From positions 15,921 to 79,920 of the forward strand of contig JAXHMZ010000001.1 of NCBI GenBank assembly GCA_034521025.1: a stretch of 64,000 nucleotides of DNA, written 5' to 3'. This document shows positions 51,386 through 60,464 of this stretch, in pieces. The notes beneath the pieces are model-generated. The model was given only the letters and a program-made list of their open reading frames with translations, did not search any database and was not told where the DNA came from. A program made the position numbers and the translations under genes. This DNA comes from Candidatus Campbellbacteria bacterium. GTDB lineage: Bacteria > Patescibacteriota > Minisyncoccia > Phycocordibacterales > JAXHMZ01. Each line of letters opens with the position of its first letter. The stretch's first letter is position 1.

Positions 51386-52546
51386 ATGAGAATATTATCG
51401 ATAGAAACCAGCTGTGACGAAACAGGCGTTAGCATCGTTGACTGTGATCTTGAAAATGAAGAATACAAATTCGAGGCATTAGCGAACAATCTTCTTTCGC
51501 AAGTTAAATTGCACGCCGAATACGGAGGAGTATTCCCTTCCCTTGCGAAACGCGAACACACCAAAGCAATGATACCCCTTTTGATAAAAACTTTGCGTGA
51601 GGCAAAGTTGGGAGAAAATTCAGATCATTCATCGCGGCTTAAAGAAGCGCAAAAATACTTGGACCGAGAACCCGAAATAAGTGACCGCTTAAAAGAGATC
51701 TCTGCTTTCAACGCTGAAACAATAGACGCTGTCTCTGTAACCGTGGGACCAGGATTGGCACCGGCTCTTTGGGTTGGAGTAAACTCAGCAAAAGCACTTG
51801 CCACCCTGTGGGACAAACCGATCATTCCAGTAAACCATATGCACGGGCATATCTTTTCCGGTCTTTTCCCTCAGAGTGAACCGTATGAGGCACCTACCTT
51901 ATCTTTGCTAGTCTCAGGAGGACACACAGAAATATTAAAAATAGACGAGGACCTCTCAATGTACACCTTGGGAAGCACCCGTGACGATGCTATAGGTGAG
52001 GCCTTTGATAAGGCCGCTCGTCTGCTTGAGCTCGGATACCCGGGAGGTCCGGAGATCTCAAAGCTCGCCTCACTACATAGAGAAAAATTTCCTGAATACA
52101 AAAGCGAGTTGTTCCCCCGCCCCATGAAGAGCGATGAGTCATTAGATGTATCTTATTCAGGACTCAAAACCGCTCTACTTTACCAACTAGAGAATAATAA
52201 AGAAGATAGACCTTTGGATAAAGAGCAGATCTCTCGGGAATTTGAAGACGCCGCTTTAGATGTGATAGTAGCAAAGGTAGAACGCGCCCTTGAAGATGAC
52301 GCTTATCGATCTCTGGTTGCAGGCGGCGGGGTTATAGCTAACAAAGAGCTGCAGAGGCGCTTGCAGGACTTATCAGAAAAATTTTCTATTCCCTTACACA
52401 TACCAAAACCAGAATTAACGACCGACAACGCACTTATGATAGCTGTAGCGAGCTATGTTCTTTTTAAGAACAAAAAAATCTCCGCCATAGAGACAGAAAA
52501 AATCTCCGCACAGGCGAACTTGTCTGCAAATGAATTCGCATTATAA
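51386..52546 (+). CDS. tsaD: tRNA N6-adenosine threonylcarbamoyltransferase
   Basis: IETSCDET, YGGVFPSLAKREH, VNHMHGH, VSGGHT, DDAIGEAFDK and TDNALMIA. Confidence 0.97.
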   Translation: MRILSIETSCDETGVSIVDCDLENEEYKFEALANNLLSQVKLHAEYGGVFPSLAKREHTKAMIPLLIKTLREAKLGENSDHSSRLKEAQKYLDREPEISDRLKEISAFNAETIDAVSVTVGPGLAPALWVGVNSAKALATLWDKPIIPVNHMHGHIFSGLFPQSEPYEAPTLSLLVSGGHTEILKIDEDLSMYTLGSTRDDAIGEAFDKAARLLELGYPGGPEISKLASLHREKFPEYKSELFPRPMKSDESLDVSYSGLKTALLYQLENNKEDRPLDKEQISREFEDAALDVIVAKVERALEDDAYRSLVAGGGVIANKELQRRLQDLSEKFSIPLHIPKPELTTDNALMIAVASYVLFKNKKISAIETEKISAQANLSANEFAL

Positions 52547-52602
52547 AACAATTCTCCGGCTTAGCGAGGCAAACCGGAGAATTTTTGAGAAGGCGTGATT
52601 TT

Positions 52603-52767
52603 TCACAGCATGAGTATAATGATCACGATTATCATGACCAATAAGATTGGCTGTGAAACTAAAAATTGGAGAAGATTGACAAGAACGTTTACTATCGCCG
52701 CCAATGCTCCAATGGCCGCAAAAAACAACACAAAAGTTAAAACAGCAAAAGCTATGATGATTTCCAT
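52603..52767 (-). CDS. Very hydrophobic small membrane peptide (54 aa)
   Basis: GAGGAGG RBS; MEIIIAFAVLTFVLFLAAIGALAAIVNVLVNLLQFLVSQPILLVMIIVIIILML; terminator-like hairpin downstream. Confidence 0.55.
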   Translation of the reverse strand: MEIIIAFAVLTFVLFFAAIGALAAIVNVLVNLLQFLVSQPILLVMIIVIIILML

Positions 52768-52879
52768 CGCCTACCTCCTCATTAGTTTATACCCAACAAA
52801 TTAAGTGTTTGCAATAATAAAAAACCAGATCATATAAAACCATTTAATAAAGCCCTGTTTTTTGCTAAGATAACTCTAT

Positions 52880-55036
52880 ATGATTGAAAAATTCTCGAAA
52901 CCTTACGACCCGCAAGACACTGAAAGTAAAATATACGATAAGTGGCTAGAGAGTGGATACTTTGCTCCCGAAAACCTTCCCGGCAAGAGAGACGAGACAT
53001 TCACCATCATTATGCCACCCCCGAACGCGAACGGCTCTCTGCACGCCGGGCACGCTGTTTTTGTTACTCTCGAAGACACAATAATTCGCTACAAACGAAT
53101 GCGTGGGTATAAAGCTCTCTGGCTTCCCGGAGCAGATCACGCCGGTTTTGAAACCCAAATTGTATACGAAAAGAAACTGGAAAAAGAGAAACGTTCACGC
53201 CTAAAAATGGATCCGGAAGACCTGCGTGAAGAGATAATGGAATTTACACTTGCCAATAAAAGTCATATGGAGGGACAACTGCGGCAACTGGGTTCTTCGT
53301 GTGACTGGTCACGCGAGACATTTACTCTAGATGAGAGGATCGTAAAAACTGTTTACGATACATTTCAAAAACTATATAACGACGACCTGCTTTATCGCGG
53401 CAAACGGATAGTTAACTGGTGCACCAAACACCAAACAAGCTTGGCAGATCTTGAAACTGAATCCGTAGAGCAAAAAGATCCTCTGTATTATATGAAATAC
53501 GGACCTTTTACTTTGGCCACCGTACGTCCAGAGACCAAGTTCGGCGATACCGCGATAGCAGTTCACCCGGCCGATCCGCGGTACAAAGATTGGATAGGAA
53601 AAGAAATCGAATTTGAGGGCTTGATCGGACCGGTAAAGCTGAAAGTGATCGCGGATGAATTCGTTGATCCGGAATTTGGCACCGGGGCTGTAAAAGTGAC
53701 CCCGGCTCATGATCCGAACGATTTTGCGATGGCAGAACGTCACGGACTTGAGGTCAGAGAGGTAATTGATAAATACGGAAAACTTAACGAGAACACAGGC
53801 AAATATGCCGGCATGAAGATCGCCGAGGCTAGAGAAGCAATAGCTAAAGACCTGGAAGAAAAAGGACTTCTGGAAAAGATAGAAGATAATTACAGCCACA
53901 CGGTTAAAACATGCTACAAATGTGGACGCATCATTGAACCTAGAATAATGCCACAGTGGTTCGTGCAAATGCAGCCTCTAGCCGAAAAAGCGATTGAAAA
54001 AATTGAAGAAGGAGCGATCACTTTTTATCCCGACCGCTATAAAAGGATACTTATTGACTGGCTTGAAAACATACAAGACTGGAATATTTCCCGACAAATT
54101 GTATGGGGTATACCAATACCAGCTAAAATATGTGAAAAATGCGGAGATGGATTCCCCGACCTTGATGACTCTATTCACAAATGCCCAACCTGCGGAGGAG
54201 AAGTTGTAAAAGATGAAGATACATTTGATACTTGGTTTTCATCAGGTCAGTGGCCCTTTGCTACTCTTGGTTATCCAAACGCGGAGGATTACAAAACCTT
54301 CTACCCTACTCAACTAATGGAAACTGCCGCGGATATCTTGTTCTTCTGGGTCTCACGTATGATAATGCTCGGTCTATACAGAACTGGAGAATTGCCTTTT
54401 TTCGAGGTCTATTTACACGGCCTCGTAACAGCTCCAGACGGTAGTAAGATGAGCAAAAGCAAAGGAAATGTAATAAGTCCTTTGGAAATTTCAGACGAGT
54501 TCGGAACTGATGCTTTACGTATGGCTCTAGTGATAGGAAACACCCCAGGTACAAATACACCTTTGGATAAAAACAAGGTAAAAGCATATAAGCACTTTGC
54601 CAACAAGATATGGAATGCCACAAGATTTGTGTTGATGAATACTGAAGATTTTGATCTGCAAAAATTTGACCCCGAAACAATAGATACAGAAAAAGGCGAG
54701 ACTCACTCTTCGCACCTGAAAAGACTAGAGGAAATTACAAATGAGATCACCGATGACTTGGATAACTACCGGCTTCATTTAGCTGCAGAGAAAACATATC
54801 ACTATTTTTGGCACGAGTTCGCGGATGAAATAATAGAAGAATCCAAACCTCTCTTAGAAGACGAGAGTACTAGATCGGTAACGCAGTACACTCTGGTTAA
54901 GATATTGAATACAACCTTGAAATTACTGCATCCATTTATGCCCTTCATAACTGAAGATGTTTGGCTCAGAATTCCTGATAGAATTAAAAGCGGAAGAGAA
55001 ATGTTGATAGTCAACGAATGGCCATCTAACAAATAA
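52880..55036 (+). CDS. valS: Valyl-tRNA synthetase (lacks the C-terminal coiled coil)
   Basis: PPPNANGSLHAGH, DWNISRQIVWG, DTWFSSGQWP and KMSKS. Confidence 0.97.
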   Translation: MIEKFSKPYDPQDTESKIYDKWLESGYFAPENLPGKRDETFTIIMPPPNANGSLHAGHAVFVTLEDTIIRYKRMRGYKALWLPGADHAGFETQIVYEKKLEKEKRSRLKMDPEDLREEIMEFTLANKSHMEGQLRQLGSSCDWSRETFTLDERIVKTVYDTFQKLYNDDLLYRGKRIVNWCTKHQTSLADLETESVEQKDPLYYMKYGPFTLATVRPETKFGDTAIAVHPADPRYKDWIGKEIEFEGLIGPVKLKVIADEFVDPEFGTGAVKVTPAHDPNDFAMAERHGLEVREVIDKYGKLNENTGKYAGMKIAEAREAIAKDLEEKGLLEKIEDNYSHTVKTCYKCGRIIEPRIMPQWFVQMQPLAEKAIEKIEEGAITFYPDRYKRILIDWLENIQDWNISRQIVWGIPIPAKICEKCGDGFPDLDDSIHKCPTCGGEVVKDEDTFDTWFSSGQWPFATLGYPNAEDYKTFYPTQLMETAADILFFWVSRMIMLGLYRTGELPFFEVYLHGLVTAPDGSKMSKSKGNVISPLEISDEFGTDALRMALVIGNTPGTNTPLDKNKVKAYKHFANKIWNATRFVLMNTEDFDLQKFDPETIDTEKGETHSSHLKRLEEITNEITDDLDNYRLHLAAEKTYHYFWHEFADEIIEESKPLLEDESTRSVTQYTLVKILNTTLKLLHPFMPFITEDVWLRIPDRIKSGREMLIVNEWPSNK

Positions 55037-55045
55037 TCACGCCTA

Positions 55046-55744
55046 ATGGATACAAACACTATTTTAACTGCTCTTTTGTTTGGATTAGTACCAACTTTTA
55101 TTTGGCTTGTTTTTTGGCTTAGTGAAGACAGGGCGCATCCTGAGCCAAAAAGAATGATCTTTCTTTCTTTTATTGCCGGCATGATCGCGGTACCAATATC
55201 AATTACGATCGAAGCCTGGATCGATTCCTTGGTCAGTGACGGTTTTAGCAAAACTTTACTCTGGTCTCTAACTGAAGAAATGGCGAAATATCTATTGGCT
55301 TTTATAATAGTACTGCGCTCTATTGAATTGGATGAGGCCTTAGACGCTCTTATATATATGATCTGTGTTGCCCTGGGGTTTGCCGCACTAGAAAATACTC
55401 TGTACGCTCTTGAACCTATTCTCGATCAAGAACATATTGGCGCAGCTACGGTTTCTAATCTACGTTTTGTGGGAGCAACGTTATTACACACCGTTTCATC
55501 TGCCGCCATAGGAGTGGCTATGGCGCTTTCCTATTACCGCTCTCGCGCGAGTCGTATGGGCGCAACCGTTATCGGACTCATCGTTGCGATCGGTTTGCAT
55601 GCACTCTTTAATTTTTTTATAATTAACCTATCGGAAAATACTGTATTTATGGTTTTCGCAGGTATTTGGATCCTTACTATCGGACTCATAGTAATAGCCG
55701 AAAAAATCAAAAAGATAGATGCGGGATACTCGATTTTTAAATAA
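55046..55744 (+). CDS. PrsW family intramembrane metalloprotease
   Basis: DRAHPEP, EEMAK, GFAALEN, LLH and LHALFN. Confidence 0.9.
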   Translation: MDTNTILTALLFGLVPTFIWLVFWLSEDRAHPEPKRMIFLSFIAGMIAVPISITIEAWIDSLVSDGFSKTLLWSLTEEMAKYLLAFIIVLRSIELDEALDALIYMICVALGFAALENTLYALEPILDQEHIGAATVSNLRFVGATLLHTVSSAAIGVAMALSYYRSRASRMGATVIGLIVAIGLHALFNFFIINLSENTVFMVFAGIWILTIGLIVIAEKIKKIDAGYSIFK

Positions 55745-55760
55745 ACCACTAACTAAAATT

Positions 55761-56294
55761 ATGCGAAAAGAAAAAAGATCGTTTTTTGAAAGACTTACAG
55801 GCGCCATCAATATGGACGAGGAAGATGAGTACGAATTCGATGAAGAATTCGAAGATGAGGAATATTCGCGTCCCGAGAGACGCTCGTTCAGTCAAGATGA
55901 TCCAATGAACATAAGAGAGAATAGAGCTGCGGCAGCCTTTTCACCGGGTGAACTTTCGGAGGGTCAACTATCAGTGGACGTTTTGCAAACACCTGACGAC
56001 ATCATAATCAAGACCATCGTAGCCGGAGTAGCTCCAGAAGATCTGGATATTTCAATAACTCGCGACTCGGTCACAATCAAAGGTAGTCGAGAGGAAGATT
56101 TTTCGGTAAACGATAATGATTATTTTCATCGCGAAGTTTCTTGGGGTAACTTTTCAAGGACTATTTCTCTGCCAGCTGAAATAGAAGTAGAAGAAGCAGA
56201 TGCTCAAGAAAAACACGGCGTACTAATTATTCGGCTACCAAAAATAGACAAGGGGCGAGAAACCAAACTTTCTGTTCGCTCAGCGGGTAATTAA
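55761..56294 (+). CDS. Hsp20/alpha-crystallin small heat-shock protein
   Basis: VDVLQT, AGVAPEDLDI, EVSWGNFSRTISLP and HGVLIIRLPK. Confidence 0.93.
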   Translation: MRKEKRSFFERLTGAINMDEEDEYEFDEEFEDEEYSRPERRSFSQDDPMNIRENRAAAAFSPGELSEGQLSVDVLQTPDDIIIKTIVAGVAPEDLDISITRDSVTIKGSREEDFSVNDNDYFHREVSWGNFSRTISLPAEIEVEEADAQEKHGVLIIRLPKIDKGRETKLSVRSAGN

Positions 56295-56638
56295 TTCGTC
56301 TAAACGGAAGAAACGAAAATACCCACAAATACATTCCTCCTTTTACGTTATACTGTAAAAGGAGGTTTTATGTACTTTAAAAGAATTTTCCATTAAAAAG
56401 AAAGAGGTCAAAAGTTAACTATAGGGACTTCTGTCCCCTTCGCAATTACAGAAAATTACCGTCGTCGTAAACCACATCGCTATCAATCACCTCGGCTTCT
56501 ATCGAACTCCTGGACAAACACAAGAGCGACTTGAGAGACAACAAATACACCTTTATACACATTAAGACAGCCACGTGGGCTGCCTTTAAATGTTTTTGCT
56601 TAATAAAAATTCCAAAACTGTTTGTATAAATTTTTGTG

Positions 56639-56785
56639 TGCCCCGTCTAGGACTCGAATTTTACAGATTCGGTACAGGTCTCAAATCGTGCTCGTTTCAC
56701 TCCGCTCGATATACTCAACCTTTTCTCGTCCTCAAGCAGGCAAAATAGTTTGCCTGCTTCCCTGTCCCCACTTACTGCGTTCGTG
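56639..56785 (-). mobile_element. tRNA-Phe-linked structured element (147 bp)
   Basis: Leader cacgaacgcagt, hairpin gcaggcaaa-ctat-tttgcctgc, core gagtatatcg...gagcacgatttgagacctgtac, and a diverged 3' copy ttcgagtcctagacggggca. Confidence 0.75.
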
Positions 56786-56857
56786 TGCCAGGTCGGACTC
56801 GAACCGCCGACCCTTCGCTCTTCAGACAAATGCTCTAGCCAACTGAGCTACCTGGGC
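56786..56857 (-). tRNA. tRNA-Phe(GAA) with irregular 3' end as sequenced
   Basis: 5' gcccaggtagctcagttggctagagca and ctgaaga loop; the 3' strand ccgacctggca is short of a full T stem plus acceptor. Confidence 0.8.
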
Positions 56858-56862
56858 GTATT

Positions 56863-57223
56863 TTAATTTTGCAGGTTTTCTTCGTTACCACCGTCAGAAT
56901 TTACACCATCATCATTCTCCGTGCCTTCTTCTGAACCGTCAAAATTATCGAGGAAATCACCAACGGCTCCGCTTGCGCCTGAATTTACTTCTTCATTATT
57001 CTCAAACGTTTCTTGAGCACTTTCAAAGAAGGCTTGCATTCTGCAATATACGGCTGAGACAAATAATAGAGAAGTATAAATAATCCTATAACCACCAACC
57101 AGCGCACCACTCTCATGAGCGTTGCCATGCGTTGCGCGCGCTGCATCTTTTTTAGCATCCGATGGTTTTCCTCGGTCGACGCGCAGTTTTTACCAATAAT
57201 TCTTCTAGTTCATCAGGCTCCAC
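56863..57223 (-). pseudogene. Membrane protein, frameshifted (probable assembly indels)
   Basis: MEPDELEELLVK..., EENHRMLKKMQRAQR...TM, and an acidic tail are read in changing frames. Confidence 0.45.
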
Positions 57224-57440
57224 GTTCAAAAGTATAGCTTAAAAAAAGCCAAAAGTGAAGAGTTTTCTTTCAAACTTCTTGCTTGTTTACACTAACTTTA
57301 CTTCTTACCATTAGTGACTCAAACTCTCAGCATACACACTTGACATATATAACTATCAATGTTATACTCGCAATAGTTTAGAATCGCTTTGGTTCTAAAT
57401 ACGTACACTTACAAAAGATGTTGAAAGGAAGGGATGGTAT

Positions 57441-57659
57441 TATGGATTTCATCGCGACGCATTGGTACGTATCTGGGCCGGATTGCTCATTCTCAGCTTT
57501 GGCTACGTGGCTGTCCACAGAATTTTCGTATTTACGCCACCTATGCCAAGACTGTCGAAGGAGCAGTTGGATAGAGAGTACCTGAAGGACTTTTTAGCGA
57601 TGCTTGTTGTACTCGTGAGTATCGTTTTGATACTCATCCGATTCAACCACTTGGCCTAA
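57441..57659 (+). CDS. Small membrane protein (start uncertain, possible frameshift)
   Basis: TTGACA-N17-TATACT promoter at 57340-57368, two hydrophobic segments, downstream hairpin. Confidence 0.4.
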   Translation, partial: YGFHRDALVRIWAGLLILSFGYVAVHRIFVFTPPMPRLSKEQLDREYLKDFLAMLVVLVSIVLILIRFNHLA

Positions 57660-57720
57660 CTCGACATCGATTCATAAGCTCCGGCAGATAGATATATTTT
57701 CTGCATGGGGCTTTTTCTTT

Positions 57721-57886
57721 GCTTCGCTCAGCTTGTGCCCGGCAGGAAACTCTCCTTACAGGAACGGTACAGGTTTCATATCGTGCTCGCTTCGCTTCGC
57801 GCGATATATTCAACCTTTTCGATTCCCGCCCGCTAGCAAAGAAATTTGCTCACTCGCGGTCACAGCTTTTCGCTTCGCTCAGCTTG
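57721..57886 (-). mobile_element. tRNA-Arg-linked structured element (151 bp) plus the start of a second unit
   Basis: Anti-T ggcgggaatcgaa (57818-57830), core, tgtac-cg-ttcc-tgtaa-ggag, 3' copy ttcctgccgggca, then the leader caagctgagcgaagc again. Confidence 0.78.
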
Positions 57887-57958
57887 TGCCCCCGGCAGGA
57901 ATCGAACCTGCATTTAGACGTTAGGAGTGTCTTGTTCTATCCATTGAACTACGAGGGC
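57887..57958 (-). tRNA. tRNA-Arg(CCT)
   Basis: gccctcg/cgggggc acceptor stem, ctcctaa loop, GGTTCGATTCC. Confidence 0.93.
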
Positions 57959-58030
57959 AAGACGTTACCACTATACCACAAACACCGCGAAAAGCGGTGT
58001 TTGTGAAATAATTTATATATTACTTCAAGA

Positions 58031-58261
58031 TTAGGACAAAAGCTCTTCAAGCTTTGCCTGGTTGAAGCCAACCATGACTTCATCCCCTATCATTATTACC
58101 GGAACTCCCATTTGTCCCGTCTTTTCTATCATCTCTTTTTGTTTTTCTATATTTTCTGAGACATCGTAATCTGTGTATTCAATTCCTTTGTCTTGAAAAT
58201 AATTTTTAGCTAAATTACAAAAATGACAGGTTGGAGTAGAATATATAGTTATATTTTTCAT
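58031..58261 (-). CDS. Glutaredoxin-like (NrdH/YruB) protein
   Basis: YSTPTCHFC, GQMGVPVI and VGFN. Confidence 0.92.
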   Translation of the reverse strand: MKNITIYSTPTCHFCNLAKNYFQDKGIEYTDYDVSENIEKQKEMIEKTGQMGVPVIMIGDEVMVGFNQAKLEELLS

Positions 58262-58372
58262 AATAGTTTTATGCGATTACTTATAAGCCCAAACAGTATA
58301 TCACTATACCCTTGATTAACGTAAGTATTTACAAAAAATTAATTTATTGTATATTTCACAAAGGAGGTACTT

Positions 58373-58576
58373 ATGGGCAACGAAAAAGAACTCTTGAGCA
58401 ACATCTTCGGATTGCTGGTCGTATTCGCATTTACCTTTGTGATAACCATTGGTGTTCCTTACTTCATTTACGTAACTATTCCATGGCTATTCTGGACTTT
58501 GGCAGGCATATACGGATTTTCAATCCTATCCATACCTGTCATAATCCTGGACAGCAAGTTCAATCACATAAAGTAA
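58373..58576 (+). CDS. Small two-TM membrane protein
   Basis: AAGGAGGT RBS and a hydrophobic 67-aa ORF. Confidence 0.55.
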   Translation: MGNEKELLSNIFGLLVVFAFTFVITIGVPYFIYVTIPWLFWTLAGIYGFSILSIPVIILDSKFNHIK

Positions 58577-58611
58577 GCGATCCATTTAATTGGATTGCTT
58601 TTTTATTTTGT

Positions 58612-59429
58612 CTAATTATTTTCATCTATTTCTGTCATGCACTGATTAAACTCTTCTGTTTCGCTCCAACCACATTCTCCATCACTTTGCCGCTCACAAA
58701 CAGCTGAATCATAGCAGGCGTATTCCGGGCGCCACTCACAGGTGGTTACCATGTTCGGAACATCTGAACAGACTTGTCCGGAACATCCGCCCACATAACA
58801 TCCTTCTTTTTGCGCTGGGTAATTTTGATTCGCCTCCTCGCTTGATATTTCATCATTAGATTTAGTTGTTTCAAGGAGGAATCTATCTCAATGGGAATAT
58901 ACATCCGATCATCTTTTTCGGCAACCCGGAAGCATTAGCTCGATGTAAAATCAACCTAGCCTCCCCAGAGTAATTATCTTCAACATCTATTTCAGCCGTA
59001 AATGACACAAAATCTTCGGTCATCCAGTCTCCACTAGCGGTAGCATCAAGTTTCAGCAATAACCTCTCCATCGTCACTTTCTAAAGAAACAGGAAAAGTG
59101 GCTTCAAAAAACCAATATCCACGCGCTTGACCTTCAAGGGAAAAATTATTGCCAACCTCCTCTCCGGGCCTTGGCGAAGAAATTCTAACTAGGTCATACT
59201 TCTCCATCTCATTTCCAATATCGCGCGTAAACGTCTTACCGTTAGCCGCACATTGCTCCGGATATGACTCCATAATAGGATATCCGGCTTCTGCACATTC
59301 TTCAAATGAGGTTATATCTTTTTTTGCTCCTTTGTCACTCTTTTCGCTTGTAATTACATATATACCAACAATGACTAATACAACCAAAGCAACCAAAGAA
59401 GTAACAATTGCTATTGTTTTTATTTTCAT
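58612..59429 (-). pseudogene. Membrane-anchored protein with Gmad2-like Ig domain and Cys-cluster domain, split by frameshifts
   Basis: ITSFEECAEAGYPIMESYPEQC, GQARGYWFFEATFPV, DWMTEDFVSF...NASGLP and GGCSGQVC...TTCEWRPEYACY...GECGW lie in three frames. Confidence 0.7.
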
Positions 59430-59446
59430 ACACACTTATTGACGAT

Positions 59447-59920
59447 TTAATCGCCTTCATTCTTACCGCTCTCAATCACTACCACCACCCTGCGCTCTAT
59501 ATCGCCGGAATTTTCTTCCGGGGCTATTTGAGAAAGTTTAAGCCTATATCCAAATGCATTTATCACATCGCCCTCCGTCATAGTAGCTATTTTTAAACTT
59601 CCGTCGGTGTGTCTCAGAGAAATTTCCGCGCTTTGACAAGAGCGACCTCCTTCACAGTTTTGAGTTCCTATGTCTTCAAACCCAATTACAAGATCTTCAA
59701 AACTTTCTTTTGAGTTAATGCCTATATCAAAAGCTCTATCATAGAAATAAAAATCTTCGTCTTCGCTGTTTTCAATATCTACCACGTCGCCTTCTTTTCT
59801 CTCTTCTATAAGTCCTGCGGCCTCACTATCTGGTTGAATATAGAGAGAAACCATCAAGCCGGACAATAAAATAACAATAAAAAGGGCGGTTGACGCAACG
59901 ACAGGCTGTTTTATTTTCAT
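59447..59920 (-). CDS. Hypothetical membrane-anchored protein
   Basis: N-terminal TM and an acidic extracellular part with a Cys pair. Confidence 0.6.
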   Translation of the reverse strand: MKIKQPVVASTALFIVILLSGLMVSLYIQPDSEAAGLIEERKEGDVVDIENSEDEDFYFYDRAFDIGINSKESFEDLVIGFEDIGTQNCEGGRSCQSAEISLRHTDGSLKIATMTEGDVINAFGYRLKLSQIAPEENSGDIERRVVVVIESGKNEGD

Positions 59921-60435
59921 TCTTCAGGGAATTTATTGTAAATCCTTTGCGCTTCCTCACTTTTTGGCTTGACGAACTTTCCTTTTCTGGTTTCTTTTAT
60001 CATTTCGATAAGCTTGAGCGCGTGTTTATGGCTATAATTGCCACGAAAATTTTCCTCTATTAACTCTCTTTGTTTTTTAGGTATTCTGCTAACCACTTCA
60101 TTGTTGACATAGGAAGGCGAGAATACATACACCTCGTTTATATCAAACTCTTTAGTTACATTTTTTAGCTTATCTTCAAGCTTACCCAGAAAATGACTTA
60201 CACCTTTCTCCTCCTCTTCCTCCGATGATCTTCCCCTAACTACCGCTCCTCCCACAGAACGATGTTGAATTCTTTCTCTGGAATCCCTGTCGAATTCCTC
60301 AGGGTCTATTTCGATGACTTCGACTTCTTTTATTTCTCCTTCGCTCGCGATATAAAATTTTGCAGTTTCTTTCTCAGTAACAACTAGCAGAGCATTTTTA
60401 TTTTCAAATTGTGGCAATGTACTTTTTATCTTCAT
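59917..60435 (-). CDS. Hypothetical protein, possibly baeRF/host-attachment-like
   Basis: LLVVTEKETAKFY...HFLGKL...VYVFSP...GNYSH pattern; the family assignment is tentative. Confidence 0.55.
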   Translation of the reverse strand: MKIKSTLPQFENKNALLVVTEKETAKFYIASEGEIKEVEVIEIDPEEFDRDSRERIQHRSVGGAVVRGRSSEEEEEKGVSHFLGKLEDKLKNVTKEFDINEVYVFSPSYVNNEVVSRIPKKQRELIEENFRGNYSHKHALKLIEMIKETRKGKFVKPKSEEAQRIYNKFPEE

Positions 60436-60464
60436 AGTCCCATTATAACATTTACTATTAGTTT

